Shown: one piece after another, positions 41,401 to 46,917 of the stretch
Position numbering within the stretch: the first letter of the stretch is position 1
How the letters are laid out: the number at the start of each line of letters is the position of its first letter
Assembly (NCBI GenBank): GCA_948695535.1
Contig: CAPRTS010000007.1
Span: 3,164 to 67,163, forward strand
From: an uncultured Eubacteriales bacterium
GTDB taxonomy: Bacteria > Bacillota > Clostridia > Christensenellales > UBA1242
Direction of reading: 5' to 3'
Length of the DNA: 64,000 nt
Program-made: the position numbers and the translations under genes
The notes under the pieces: model-generated
Databases searched by the model: none
Told to the model about the DNA's origin: nothing
Seen by the model: the letters and a program-made list of their open reading frames with translations, nothing else

Positions 41401-44400
41401 TGAAAATTATAATATTAACAGTTCAATTTCGGTTCGGGCTAATTACAGTGAAGGTATTACTTCCCCTGGATCCAGTCGCTTTACTTCGGGGGAAGAATAC
41501 GTCCGACAAACTTTGTACTCGCGGGTCGAGTATCACCGTTCGCCCCGGGAACAAGCGTTTGGTACTGCGGGTGGGGTATTCGGGTTTGTAACTGCTAACC
41601 CCAACAATTACAAGGTTTTTGATAATGACGGTAACGCAAGTATTAAGCCTCGTAAAGCCGAATCACGTTATGAAACACTTGACGAAGCGGTAACTCTTAC
41701 CAGTTTCAACACTGACGCGACGATGTTCATGCGCGATCGTAATGGTAATGCTATTGATGATACAGGTATCTATTATACCGACCAAATTGTCTTACGCAAT
41801 ATCAGTGGTAAGGTCGGCGATATTGCCGCCAATGTGGCTGGTGGCTTGATCGGTATTATGGACGAAACTATTGAATTGCACGAACCGACAGTAGCCAGCC
41901 TTAACAAATTAACTGGTAAATACTATTTAGGTGGAGTGGTTGGTATTAACTTAGGTAAAATATCGGGTGGTACAATTGGTCAAATTGCTGCCGATGGTAC
42001 TGTTAATTCCTTACCTTTGAACGTTAATAGTTCGGTTACCGGCAGTTATATTTATCGTTTTGACTCTAATGCGGCAAACCCTAAACATTATTGGGGTATG
42101 ACTGTTGGTGCGGTAGCAGCGTACAACAATGGTCTTGCTGACAATAACAACAGTGGTACCATCGAAAATGTTAACGTCAATGTTAACATGCTGAACGGTA
42201 GTGCCCAAAAAATTTATGTTATCGGCGGCGTAATTGGAGAAGCGGGTACTTACAGCACCATCAGTAATACAGTTAATAATATTTATGCTACGGGTGCTAA
42301 TACGGTAATGTTCTCAGCCAGCGAATTCAACAAGATCGGTTTCTATGTGGGCAAGATCGTTGGTCGTGCGGTAATTGACCCGAACAATGTTCGTTCTAAT
42401 ATGGTTATGATGCCGGCGTCGGTCGATATCGTGTACCAAGATTGTTACGTGTCGTTAACCGATTTCGCTACGCCAAATTACAAAGTTAACAACGTTTACA
42501 CTAACGCGTTCGGTATCCAAGCCGACGAAAATGGTAACAGTATCACTCACAAAGTGCAAACCATGACTATGGACGAATACCAACAATACATCGTGGATAG
42601 TCTAGTCAGAGGGAACGCTACTATCGCGCAATTGGTCACGGCCTTAGAACCCTGGTACCGTAGTTTACCTACTTATATTGTTAACACGACAATTAACGGT
42701 AAAAACGTATTTGTTGAAAAATTAACGGCACTTGCTTATACTGAATTTGTCAATTGGTTAACGGTTAATAAGGTGTTTGATCGCTTTACTGCTTATAAAT
42801 ACAATGGCGTCGATAATACCGGAGCAACGGTTACCAAAAACCGCTTACTGAACGATTATTGCGCTTACGTTGAATATTGTGCGATTGGTAAAGTTGATGA
42901 GGGCGAAGTCTGGTTTAACGAAAACCTAGTTGCGTGCCGTAACCAACGTTACCAACTGGCGGAAGAATTCTTTGCGTACAAATCGCAAGCCGCTGATAAC
43001 AGTACGCAATATCCTGCTACAATTCGCTTTACTTGGCAACAATACGAAAACTATCGTTATTTGTTAGCGTCGCTAAATATGAAGCAAAACGAGTACTATA
43101 AACGCACTTATGGCGACGAAATCTTGAAATATGACGCTGACCTTGGCTATTTAAGCTCTTGGTTGGCGAATAAAGATTTACCGGAATTGGGTGCAACCGA
43201 CGATTACGGTACGGTTAAATTAACTGACGGATACGCTGATTTGCAAGCGTTATTGAACCACATGGTTACGGAAAACGCGGACGGCACTGTGCAAGTCGTT
43301 AACCGTTTCACCGAAAAAGACCCCTTGCAAGCCTACATGAACTATATTACTGACGGATATACTTACCGCCGCACTTTGGGTTCGCTCACCGAGAACATAA
43401 CTCATGAACAGTACGGTACCCGCGGTTCGGGCTGGTATATGACCTTGAAACAATATTTCCACTACGTAAACGACATTGCGGGTGAAACTTACGGTGACCG
43501 TGACCATCAAGGTAAATACGACGTTGATTTAATTGCGGACTATTTATACTCATCTTATACGTTGAACCAAGCCGCCAGTCCCGCCATAACTTTGGACGAA
43601 TACATGGTTTTCCGCATTGACGAAGCCCCAATTTTGCGCCAAAACGAACTTGAATGGGTAGAAAAAGGTCACCAAAAAGGTGGTGTAACGGTCAGCCTGG
43701 TGGGGGCGTTAACTATGCCGGAATGGGGCTTAACCGATACCAAAGAAGAAGCGTGGCAAGCATTATTGGCCGATACGGAAAACGTTAAACTGGTTGCCGA
43801 AAACGGCGAAATCGTGTACACGAATAACCAAGACGGGGCAGCAGCACGTAAAGTTTGGGCTTACCAAACGGCTTACACGGCTGCCCGCGCACAAGGCATT
43901 GACATCATCAAATACCAAGAAATGTGCCGACTTGGTGGCAGTTTGTACGAATTGACCCACAGCAAAAAAGAAGACGGTGTCACTTTGCGCTATGCCACTG
44001 TTGATGAATACCTATTTGCCTTAAAGGTTCCGCAGTATGGTTGGAGCGATGCACAATCCGCGTTTATTTCGGGAACTTTCGGGATCGAAAATATTCGTTA
44101 CGCGCTGTCGGCCACCTATTACGGAAACATTTTGCAACAGACTTTGGATAAAGTAATGGCCATTAAAGCGGAAAATAACCCGCGCTTAAAACATAAATTC
44201 CAAAACAAAGCCGAAGGTTGGGTCTGGTATTATGACGACGATAATAACGATTCGTTAGATTCTGGAGTTGGTGTCAAAGACCGTCGTGGTACTTGGCAAC
44301 TGATTGCGGCGGACAACTTCCATAATGGTGATGGTGAAGTTTACGAATACGTTAACCCCGGCCAAGCCATTGACTTGCGCGAAAACACCAATTCGGCACA

Positions 44401-46828
44401 AGGACCCTTGCAGGGTGCGGCGCTGTATATTGACGCGGACGATGATAAATTGTTTACTACTGATGTCAAAGGTGTGCAAGAATTGGGCAGTGGCGATACT
44501 TTGGTACTGTACGAAGTGCCCACCGTGGACGGCGCCGATTTCAAACAATTGGCCAAAGATGACGATGGCAATCCGCTTGCCGGCCAATACAAATACTTCA
44601 AAATCAGTCGTCGCATCATCGAACAAGGTACCATGCGCTATACAACCACCAACGGCCGTAACGAATATTCCGGCAATACGGCGGATTACTTGGAAGAAGC
44701 TTTGTGGTGGCAAAATCAAGGCTTTACCGAGGAACAATTTGACCAAATCAAAGCCAACGCGATGCAACAATCGGTGCCGTACGCGGGGCAAGTCGTATTG
44801 ACCAAAGAACCCGGTACTAACCATTACACAGTGGCTGACCGCGGGGTAGGCTTTGTGGTGGCCGACGACTGGTACGCGAAAAAGGGCGGTGAAGAATATG
44901 GTTTCCGCACGTTCAACTTTACCACCACCGATTACACGAATATTGCAACCAATGCCCACTATACCACCTTGACCAACCAAGACACCGGCGAAACTAAACA
45001 ATGGTGGTACAGTAACTACGCTGATTACCTTTTGTTCTGCGGCCTGTTGAACATGGAAAACACCACCACGGGCAGCACCACCAGCGACATCGACAGCATC
45101 GCCGCCCTCGCCGCGCGTTTACCGTACCCCGATAATAACCAAACGATTTGGAACACTGCGTCGACGTCCTTGCCCGACCGAACCAACTACGTTAATTATC
45201 CGTTTGTACGCAGGACAGTTAAGGAGCTATCGGATGATTTGATTTCGGAAAATGATTTGGCCGCCGCCATGGAATTCGGCAGTGACCAGGCCGCCTACCT
45301 GCAATTACTGGCGACCAAGCACACCACGGCGGATTACGTTACTTGGGCGTTTGACAATAAAACCGCGACCACCTTGGATAATAAAAACAAATACTTCCGT
45401 ATGAACCATTATTTGTATTTGCAGACCAAAAACAAAGGCGACGAATTAACCGGTGATAATTTAAAAAACTTCGTGTGGGCGTTAAACCAAAATAACCGTG
45501 CCAAAATTTATTACACGGGCGTAACCCAAGAAAGCCGTACCGACGAATTGTTGGCCTACCGCGAAGAATGGTGGAACCACGCCGACCAAGGCAACACGCC
45601 GTATATGACGTTCCGTGATTACCAAGAATGGATTAACGTTTACGCCCACGGTGACGAATATAAAATTGACCGTGGTGAATTGGCGGAAGGGGAAGAAGCC
45701 ACCGCGGAAGCGTGGTTGGATATTTACGCGTTCGCGGTTTGGAAACGTATGGAAAAATACGAAAATAACGTCGAATACATCAACAAAGGCGACCAAAGTT
45801 CGGGCATTACCCAAATAACCAACCCCATCCTGAAACGACAAATCAGTACCACCGTGTTCCCCAAAATCGCCAGCAGTGGTAACGGCAGTGGCCCCAAACC
45901 GACCTTGCCCGTGGGGTACTGGTGGGAACAAGATACGGAAAAAGAAAAAGACGGCAGTGTCAAGAAAGATAATGATGGTAACCCCATTTTGAAATGGGAA
46001 GATAAGGACAAAACGAAACCCGTCATGATCAAAGTGCCGGTGGACGGTGCCTATTATGGTTGGCCCGAAGATAAAGAGCCACCGAAGGAGCGCGTGCGTC
46101 CGTATTACGACCGTTACGAATACAACGAAAAATATTTGGAAGGTTACCGCGACGTTAACGACCCCGAAAACTTGCTGGCTTACACTGTATACGACTTTGA
46201 CAAAGGCACCTTTAACCCCGATAATATTTACAGTCTGCTTTGTGATGATAAGCCAGTATGTAAGCATCCCGAACACGCCAAGTTCCAATCCGCCCAATGG
46301 TTGGGCCGTTACACCCAAACCACCTATGTCGAAAAACAACAAGAAAAGAAAGACGCCAACGGTAACGTGGTTAAAGATGAAAACGGTAAGCCGGTTATGG
46401 AAACCGTCATGCAGGAGAAGAAAGATGCCGACGGTAATGTGGTTACCGATGAGAACGGTAACACGGTGATGGAGCCCGTCATGGAAGCCGTAGTTACCAA
46501 ATACGACGGCATCGACCGCATGACTGACAAAGCGTTCACCCAATTGTACGTGCCGTTTGATTATTTCAAACGGGCGTGCCAAATGATCCAATCGGTGTAC
46601 AGTGCCGATAACCAATACGCGGGCTACCACAACTTCATGCACTACTGGGCGAAAAACGGTAAATGGAACTGGATTTGCTTTACCACCGATGGTGGTACGT
46701 TGGCTGATGACGATCCTGTTTTTGAACAAGTGGATTACACCTATCGTGCAACCAACTTCTGGAATAACTTCGACCCCAGCCAAGGCTTACACGCGTTGGC
46801 GTCGTGTAATGACCCCATTAACTGGTAA
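26414..46828 (+). CDS. Giant 6,804-aa surface protein: N-terminal signal anchor, Ig-like region, 11 tandem modules, GLUG-motif beta-helix region, and a W/Y-rich C-terminal region
   Basis: A single uninterrupted 20,415-nt ORF. The TTG start at 26414 lies 7 nt after GGGGG (26402-26406). N-terminal TM: IIALVIMSLLAVVSVVGVIFAF. No LPXTG or C-terminal TM. A rho-independent terminator follows directly. Confidence 0.95.
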   Translation: MNKRRTRIIALVIMSLLAVVSVVGVIFAFNNSGTQHDAYGNIAVYVDKTDIELDIEVERDEDSDKKLRLADTPNRSTYLTITVGGLPDTADRGVTFNESSARSGVVSVALAGFDQKQGISRFLITGLNGGAPVTLRFTTRSGNQTIAVNVKVNLTAKDFRLSSGAYFGIRQNGAGLDFNKTSTLSKLDFYAHPDDTNQTYKPNNFPLQFALKENYAGVTLNDGVLKVNDDFVFDDATDGREIEVLAKLPTMTEMVSIPVYVFRPVDTIAVTTDAYVPTTTDENIYDLILNRAERSQANFTFALPANQGVVGENYNFKLTPQDTTMINVTNNGEGTGQYVLRAVGNAGRTAVRVTAYPRARMTVDGQLKDVWFNNPDTDANVFVEQMLYLRVRNEFIDQNETGGYVNWKLQYSKEQLSAFYYEGTGDGYTDQFTINTINTQPITYDNDIEFELVVKDASNQTTVFDKDTGLFNVLALSVYRDGVWQPLTSEQYIANYRDQFAVALLNNTESEKYLSGNVQGLWLRAKSVTPLSTSTDGNLRYATWDVPLVAFGAIDRFQISNLTTLDDGTTGVALVHHQGLNQVSAVTLDVYGLLANNDAFEYSEHWDVKAITINDNLPFTVTYADSNVVTSNGQHVAKRAYTFTLRKGTNVEYYNAYPVTFTYPNGISQTIYVKIFPTVTQLNMNVVSDNHGQIYRTIQDDNGYVKTVYVKQGATYRINVATADVSVGAYAEIGDQGEKSFDARELAEGCYTVPAYLHAYSDDVYVNHEQRFTVNFVVVAPVVNVAAPSTITLPGIGPSVPIKVAPTSGSEQYLHVDPVLQNENIDINRITTTEFTLSARYLKDEPITIGFRIYKQYNFGIDFDGDGIDDVFEIQYTAGNLVPITVTIANTNRFSQVIINEQGAVRTEKGIGKYIELVSKPLPETPVSVKVTTLGTSSCDEIGFTFIKYQNGKFDITDRLDNINVITAAEVQGNSLLLTPKAEIRSMGIYALLVYTKDSLRLGATVTGKVVEIPQTYEIVPLYIGTQEEIENVIGELKDGIIHDGNSGQLNDLGGYNWVMAGEKPYHAALFYTVEGTEYSSNIKANRYYLDDLELVLGSDEKWQQALCFEEYEFHKFVNNVEIKDLNDEEKISREGLSKKTIRKYFQVGDYSYAGHEVYYLLSNGNGVNLYFYVAESIKHFDVRLTVDGSSSIVAEKSLTTGSMNSELAISTVKVQRGRPFRLVGETDASVNSFWQIDPSVIDNPAGPSYMGGSYQFMPYLEFDDGGGAKERFNLTVLQTLVKVGITGGVQYLSLAQSGNTLDGVTTAVYNATVLTDQSWDKNILNYVLDYNGVRYQLFENAVGDIITDEVLMEGGNAAFYFKLIPTKGKLDINTNYYTHYLRLEVAIILKSAATNPFANVSGARLILQENLSGSTLEGSKVAREVSAGLNVVRQGITNVSMAHFANITVDTNTGNISLPESQSNTNIIYVDNSVVGGILTVHPSPYYLDVDSIAVECVKPVEVTKQIGTSLDGVAVMGTARYSIGFMQLVYNTDEQVYQNFLSGTSPKMVSTWSKKDGYQWNGRYYFRTYLRCDGQADAAIPDGAEFKIAVTITSEGYQRITEQMTIYAKYKDGIVITPDDNGTAYPISTMVQTNYQAVGTSAVYDIAFPAGYLPNYLGYSIYGDGKDYATVEVDALNKTVRVRLASDVSLINKTIEIRFPYRAQGDFVNPYLSVVIVPVYFQFTGLSVANHIETPVILLADESPDSLTYRVIANYDSSLAVITSRLSDFNGNLGTKRPNELLQFTDEGHGKRTVRFSYSYVNGIPVIMRDGELVYEQTIYYEVAESRDILERTVYLAIGCTETYDFEFDPLRKQIWRVASRSGAATDLWDVNMRNDNSGIFTVSLNNEANGGLDLINAPLTLEIGPRTSSQVDLRLHIVPVYFTFNGFKTLDYPVDPLIALSQPFTVTLAADNVVTAGGEKAVTALAEFNADLLQAQEDADKNLVNFARVPNEEGIINFDFDETTRALSRNDLNNPITATTHLQASATIIYRDGRPELNKNGQKMTTYFVVKTYGSNPDGGNENENPLEPQPSSRYRKVAQAIGTSVTYNIALKDVTFDTVLDCSETSNTTNPKPWSSDSKWTAKLSGNKIIVDLQPNTDLFGLTLVINVYSAEDNTTPVYTLNIVPAYFTVENLVAVGHADENPLQIISPETIDTLRVDFESVYGNLDYPYLDKIAAFRETLLHTELLTRIADGGLLTLLLGVRYNNGEPEIVSRANSSALTVQSTYRYELLANGPKVATLAQAIGTTIQYDRIPYGKTIRSISRCYYDPDNREADEEGYVELTSRYDADKPYTQWDAYISNNDSRLFQVSLANTTDLFNYRLKVEVYTVGGKGTSTPDCKLYIIPAQFVLSGLAVDGQSGNEIWFVADSTPVDANALINNISYVGVVDSRNLNGSNIAGLLTKFNTEQLRQKADLLERNFDSDATTGKLTTTMYLKYVNGEPTLVATKNEADICLPTDFTYQIYGPSEYNPNYPNLPTGPRTRSEVQAIGTTVRYHIDLPTGQLIDKKTLEDSSLEDSSADKLWTATWEDEELVVTLKPNTKLLNNTIKLSFYSMLDHSANAYLFELTIRPVLFEVVGFTIADHPEQPVTLLSADDKANLAAVVKHMDIYQTNGDTTYNAAVSFLRQQLAKFNQQTLASYVKNGNTQFWQVDDEYDSNSNFGYLTFRAAINYNDRNQPRLVNIDSNPLSVVESTVAYQMVASADEIGSTAAYYQAIGTTEFYPLPASVLQNNRFKAVSGSGASVDASGTKITATYWQASIVNSGDRYAVKVEFNATQYGTALLGTDIILEIVDANPNHVFTLQIKPVYFVVEGFEVVNHPERPLWLLTSPETTENVSSLRFNAKVRRSYAPDLQADIDVALNVFNNKLQNDWYNDLEISAVGGEYLLVRGAVAYNTETIGEQLGDGSANLVPIVTTGLERIPLIRSIFQYKIYNNSGTQLPDTGIVYPTGTRTRTVAQAIGLTNNYTIDLADLPNFGTAHLTLTEERQDGTKSDWTATSGWQVTADGNSLTVSLAAASDLLERTLVITISYNADYYNPAYVLKIKPVWFKVVDIAMQDHPESPIIVDDLNNYARPIFVPVVEYAPELTDEVSPKVTAFVKKFTNNMTSVLTTSRRGSDGKTEYIRCTAFVGYDYPDVTNEDETLRHDGVYLSNNIVDRLWRVFTVQQKDEGQLTPKPAKTVVQGIGSTKEYYLELSKSVNNGTYPSNDGKATAVVKGDQTTVTLAADTDLIGRTLVFDLGGAFDLKITPVWFEVKKLEVVGHPERPVWLFSPATTASLNYRAVTNAIPAELGIEEKIAAFNTNLNAQRATLVSESVSDKYITINAAVDYVDGLPTLVRIGGDLSNVVETVFEYYVWADSREPTPEHPAVIATTKVNQIIGGSKTYTLQNIQGKVYYQWLWVEGAGQLKQANNGSFVQYEGVTVNFDVTKNLFTVAIAADVNYLLQPIKINLPYLVTVDKQEVWYTHCLEITPLLLEVYGWQIKPDATAPIAAYECVGDYLKLNIQNLPLNANFVPKVNYSSAAELAPEIEQALAALQEQIDADLTLLNWQYQGDYVQISANNNKLVVMQNTTETQNTAVDLTGRIVYENGRPTAEKDGGISVANQVMVSTGNPQPWPPEEPLVGHQTINRQAIGTEYIYHLDFVDADYLLNDAQQPYLDVQYDQMRIMCDGVVLNPQKDYTTDNDDADDNRFVIDGEYDLLTVDYDADAQNVIVDLAAVLALTTHSLTIDIPYKVDTNYLDPDSKAPVYATKYYRLAIDPVSYLLNGFTLVGHVNNYVALNDQDVQVTLQADVTRTDRATNAVRNSINMAIDNFENQLKTMLQNQNLDDAWTITNLDGTVNNYIDIVTLGGSLWLQRTAPVTASHRVTTRVYINYQDGRPVLSEASKAELYFDVEILVDTDAKDVEFFPGLDDVKEGERREFQQAVGTSKTYVIDKTANATETLYFKWLTVKNGGPKRDAKNYEFFDMQITGGSNYGEIVVTFKPQVRLLINPLEILIPYAKYQTADGQEGDVVWYYYALVIKPVLFEVTGWGVENEKGEVVDELIIDDSAVELKFVPIIRSAPLDNQTFVDDPSDPNNAETSELIFISNSIRNLKKQINDYNAAVADKYTYLVINNYPEENHQINYSLYRDEGAQKTYLIRDVNEDTYTTIDLSATISYQVNSFDTSAADGVHAVVGYDDLNNGIRVSSSVTIKTTDRTKAGNENLMVITQDNAKVLESLAPDTDYILMEDIHLSRVSASGWQPAVFPTNSTLDGNNFKIYLDAGFDLSKTPGNIGLFESIPNGSVVKNLQVVIPQGTSFDKARTLEVDLTDYNEGAVNIGLLAGTNNGLITNCAVLSDWQFVQDLSNVINPLSGNKFTSNLQFNMEGYLFGTVSYDGVEDTYFFETSINSNQEITIERVYNRYGYRLIKNGANKWVEYVDKYNNNIEFITPDTTSVARYDNYSAMMSDGSAAARVLVKGTNAKLDVTLGGLVGTNARMVTNSRVLIDVELTDLNNGADNVDDAISANSAIVGGFVGNNGKTGTITASFFRDGNVINNANVSTASDNPICYLGGFVGYNQGKILQSYAMGQSTNRDNKANINFTSLAGSVKTSRNSLGGFVHQNDGTVTDCLVNMLIDKGGLAGFAGGFVYRNTTNGKITNCVENNVLYFVAEDASGALYRPFIALNANMTVDDAKAGTNTVLTNLQNLYYAGNLSGTGASQFLAPGVLTQLADVNDPNANSRKYNMVESYEGFSIGENNNADWYITAQNTIWMMTDLGPMLRTPNDIAISYRKTIAQSSPYLFAPGTARNPYLIWQKDQFRSYVYAATPSATKADKTGAKQNVDANRQNNHLRLVDDVTLDGIQDTYKITYTGTFEGNGLTLGGIGLPSVATTLVTAGLFGKTEYATIRNINFTFNNNINSTARYVGGIAGISINTNYVDVNLNGSSSTILGANIVGGVAGLMVVNDYHVENYNINSSISVRANYSEGITSPGSSRFTSGEEYVRQTLYSRVEYHRSPREQAFGTAGGVFGFVTANPNNYKVFDNDGNASIKPRKAESRYETLDEAVTLTSFNTDATMFMRDRNGNAIDDTGIYYTDQIVLRNISGKVGDIAANVAGGLIGIMDETIELHEPTVASLNKLTGKYYLGGVVGINLGKISGGTIGQIAADGTVNSLPLNVNSSVTGSYIYRFDSNAANPKHYWGMTVGAVAAYNNGLADNNNSGTIENVNVNVNMLNGSAQKIYVIGGVIGEAGTYSTISNTVNNIYATGANTVMFSASEFNKIGFYVGKIVGRAVIDPNNVRSNMVMMPASVDIVYQDCYVSLTDFATPNYKVNNVYTNAFGIQADENGNSITHKVQTMTMDEYQQYIVDSLVRGNATIAQLVTALEPWYRSLPTYIVNTTINGKNVFVEKLTALAYTEFVNWLTVNKVFDRFTAYKYNGVDNTGATVTKNRLLNDYCAYVEYCAIGKVDEGEVWFNENLVACRNQRYQLAEEFFAYKSQAADNSTQYPATIRFTWQQYENYRYLLASLNMKQNEYYKRTYGDEILKYDADLGYLSSWLANKDLPELGATDDYGTVKLTDGYADLQALLNHMVTENADGTVQVVNRFTEKDPLQAYMNYITDGYTYRRTLGSLTENITHEQYGTRGSGWYMTLKQYFHYVNDIAGETYGDRDHQGKYDVDLIADYLYSSYTLNQAASPAITLDEYMVFRIDEAPILRQNELEWVEKGHQKGGVTVSLVGALTMPEWGLTDTKEEAWQALLADTENVKLVAENGEIVYTNNQDGAAARKVWAYQTAYTAARAQGIDIIKYQEMCRLGGSLYELTHSKKEDGVTLRYATVDEYLFALKVPQYGWSDAQSAFISGTFGIENIRYALSATYYGNILQQTLDKVMAIKAENNPRLKHKFQNKAEGWVWYYDDDNNDSLDSGVGVKDRRGTWQLIAADNFHNGDGEVYEYVNPGQAIDLRENTNSAQGPLQGAALYIDADDDKLFTTDVKGVQELGSGDTLVLYEVPTVDGADFKQLAKDDDGNPLAGQYKYFKISRRIIEQGTMRYTTTNGRNEYSGNTADYLEEALWWQNQGFTEEQFDQIKANAMQQSVPYAGQVVLTKEPGTNHYTVADRGVGFVVADDWYAKKGGEEYGFRTFNFTTTDYTNIATNAHYTTLTNQDTGETKQWWYSNYADYLLFCGLLNMENTTTGSTTSDIDSIAALAARLPYPDNNQTIWNTASTSLPDRTNYVNYPFVRRTVKELSDDLISENDLAAAMEFGSDQAAYLQLLATKHTTADYVTWAFDNKTATTLDNKNKYFRMNHYLYLQTKNKGDELTGDNLKNFVWALNQNNRAKIYYTGVTQESRTDELLAYREEWWNHADQGNTPYMTFRDYQEWINVYAHGDEYKIDRGELAEGEEATAEAWLDIYAFAVWKRMEKYENNVEYINKGDQSSGITQITNPILKRQISTTVFPKIASSGNGSGPKPTLPVGYWWEQDTEKEKDGSVKKDNDGNPILKWEDKDKTKPVMIKVPVDGAYYGWPEDKEPPKERVRPYYDRYEYNEKYLEGYRDVNDPENLLAYTVYDFDKGTFNPDNIYSLLCDDKPVCKHPEHAKFQSAQWLGRYTQTTYVEKQQEKKDANGNVVKDENGKPVMETVMQEKKDADGNVVTDENGNTVMEPVMEAVVTKYDGIDRMTDKAFTQLYVPFDYFKRACQMIQSVYSADNQYAGYHNFMHYWAKNGKWNWICFTTDGGTLADDDPVFEQVDYTYRATNFWNNFDPSQGLHALASCNDPINW
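31320..38640 (+). repeat. Array of 11 diverged tandem protein modules (about 200-290 aa each) inside the giant gene
   Basis: Each module opens with a QA(I/V)GT-x3-Y motif. These lie near nt 31325, 31925, 32660, 33270, 34005, 34685, 35415, 36095, 36675, 37435 and 38320. Each module closes with h-x-I-x-P-V-x-F-x-V-x-G, near nt 31575, 32180, 32920, 33580, 34255, 34960, 35680, 36290, 36955, 37825 and 38615. Confidence 0.75.
34073..34102 (+). repeat. Perfect 15-bp tandem duplication inside the giant gene
   Basis: CTGGAGGACAGCAGT occurs twice, at 34073-34087 and 34088-34102. It is in frame and encodes LEDSSLEDSS. Confidence 0.95.
46346..46489 (+). repeat. Two 72-bp (24-aa) tandem repeats near the C-terminus of the giant protein
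   Basis: KKDANGNVVKDENGKPVMETVMQE is followed by KKDADGNVVTDENGNTVMEPVMEA. The two DNA copies differ mainly at synonymous or conservative positions. Confidence 0.9.
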
Positions 46829-46863
46829 CCCGTGGGCGATTAGCCGAGTAGGGCAGTACCACT

Positions 46864-46895
46864 AAAAAAGCAACGCGAATCCGCGTTGCTTTTTT
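46864..46895. terminator. Bidirectional rho-independent terminator between convergent genes
   Basis: A-run (46864-46869), stem GCAACGCG (46870-46877), loop AATC, stem CGCGTTGC (46882-46889), T-run (46890-46895). Confidence 0.8.
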
Positions 46896-46917
46896 AATGC
46901 TTAGTCTTACACAACGA

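Noticed and set aside
45482-46783. A 433-aa ORF on the minus strand (and a 248-aa one at 44255-45001) inside the 3' end of the giant gene.
   Set aside because: Both are antisense to an uninterrupted 6,804-codon frame. Their products are V/F/G/H-rich low-complexity strings with no motifs and no RBS. They lie in the more G+C-rich stretch, where stop codons are rare in the antisense frame. I treat them as codon-bias artefacts.
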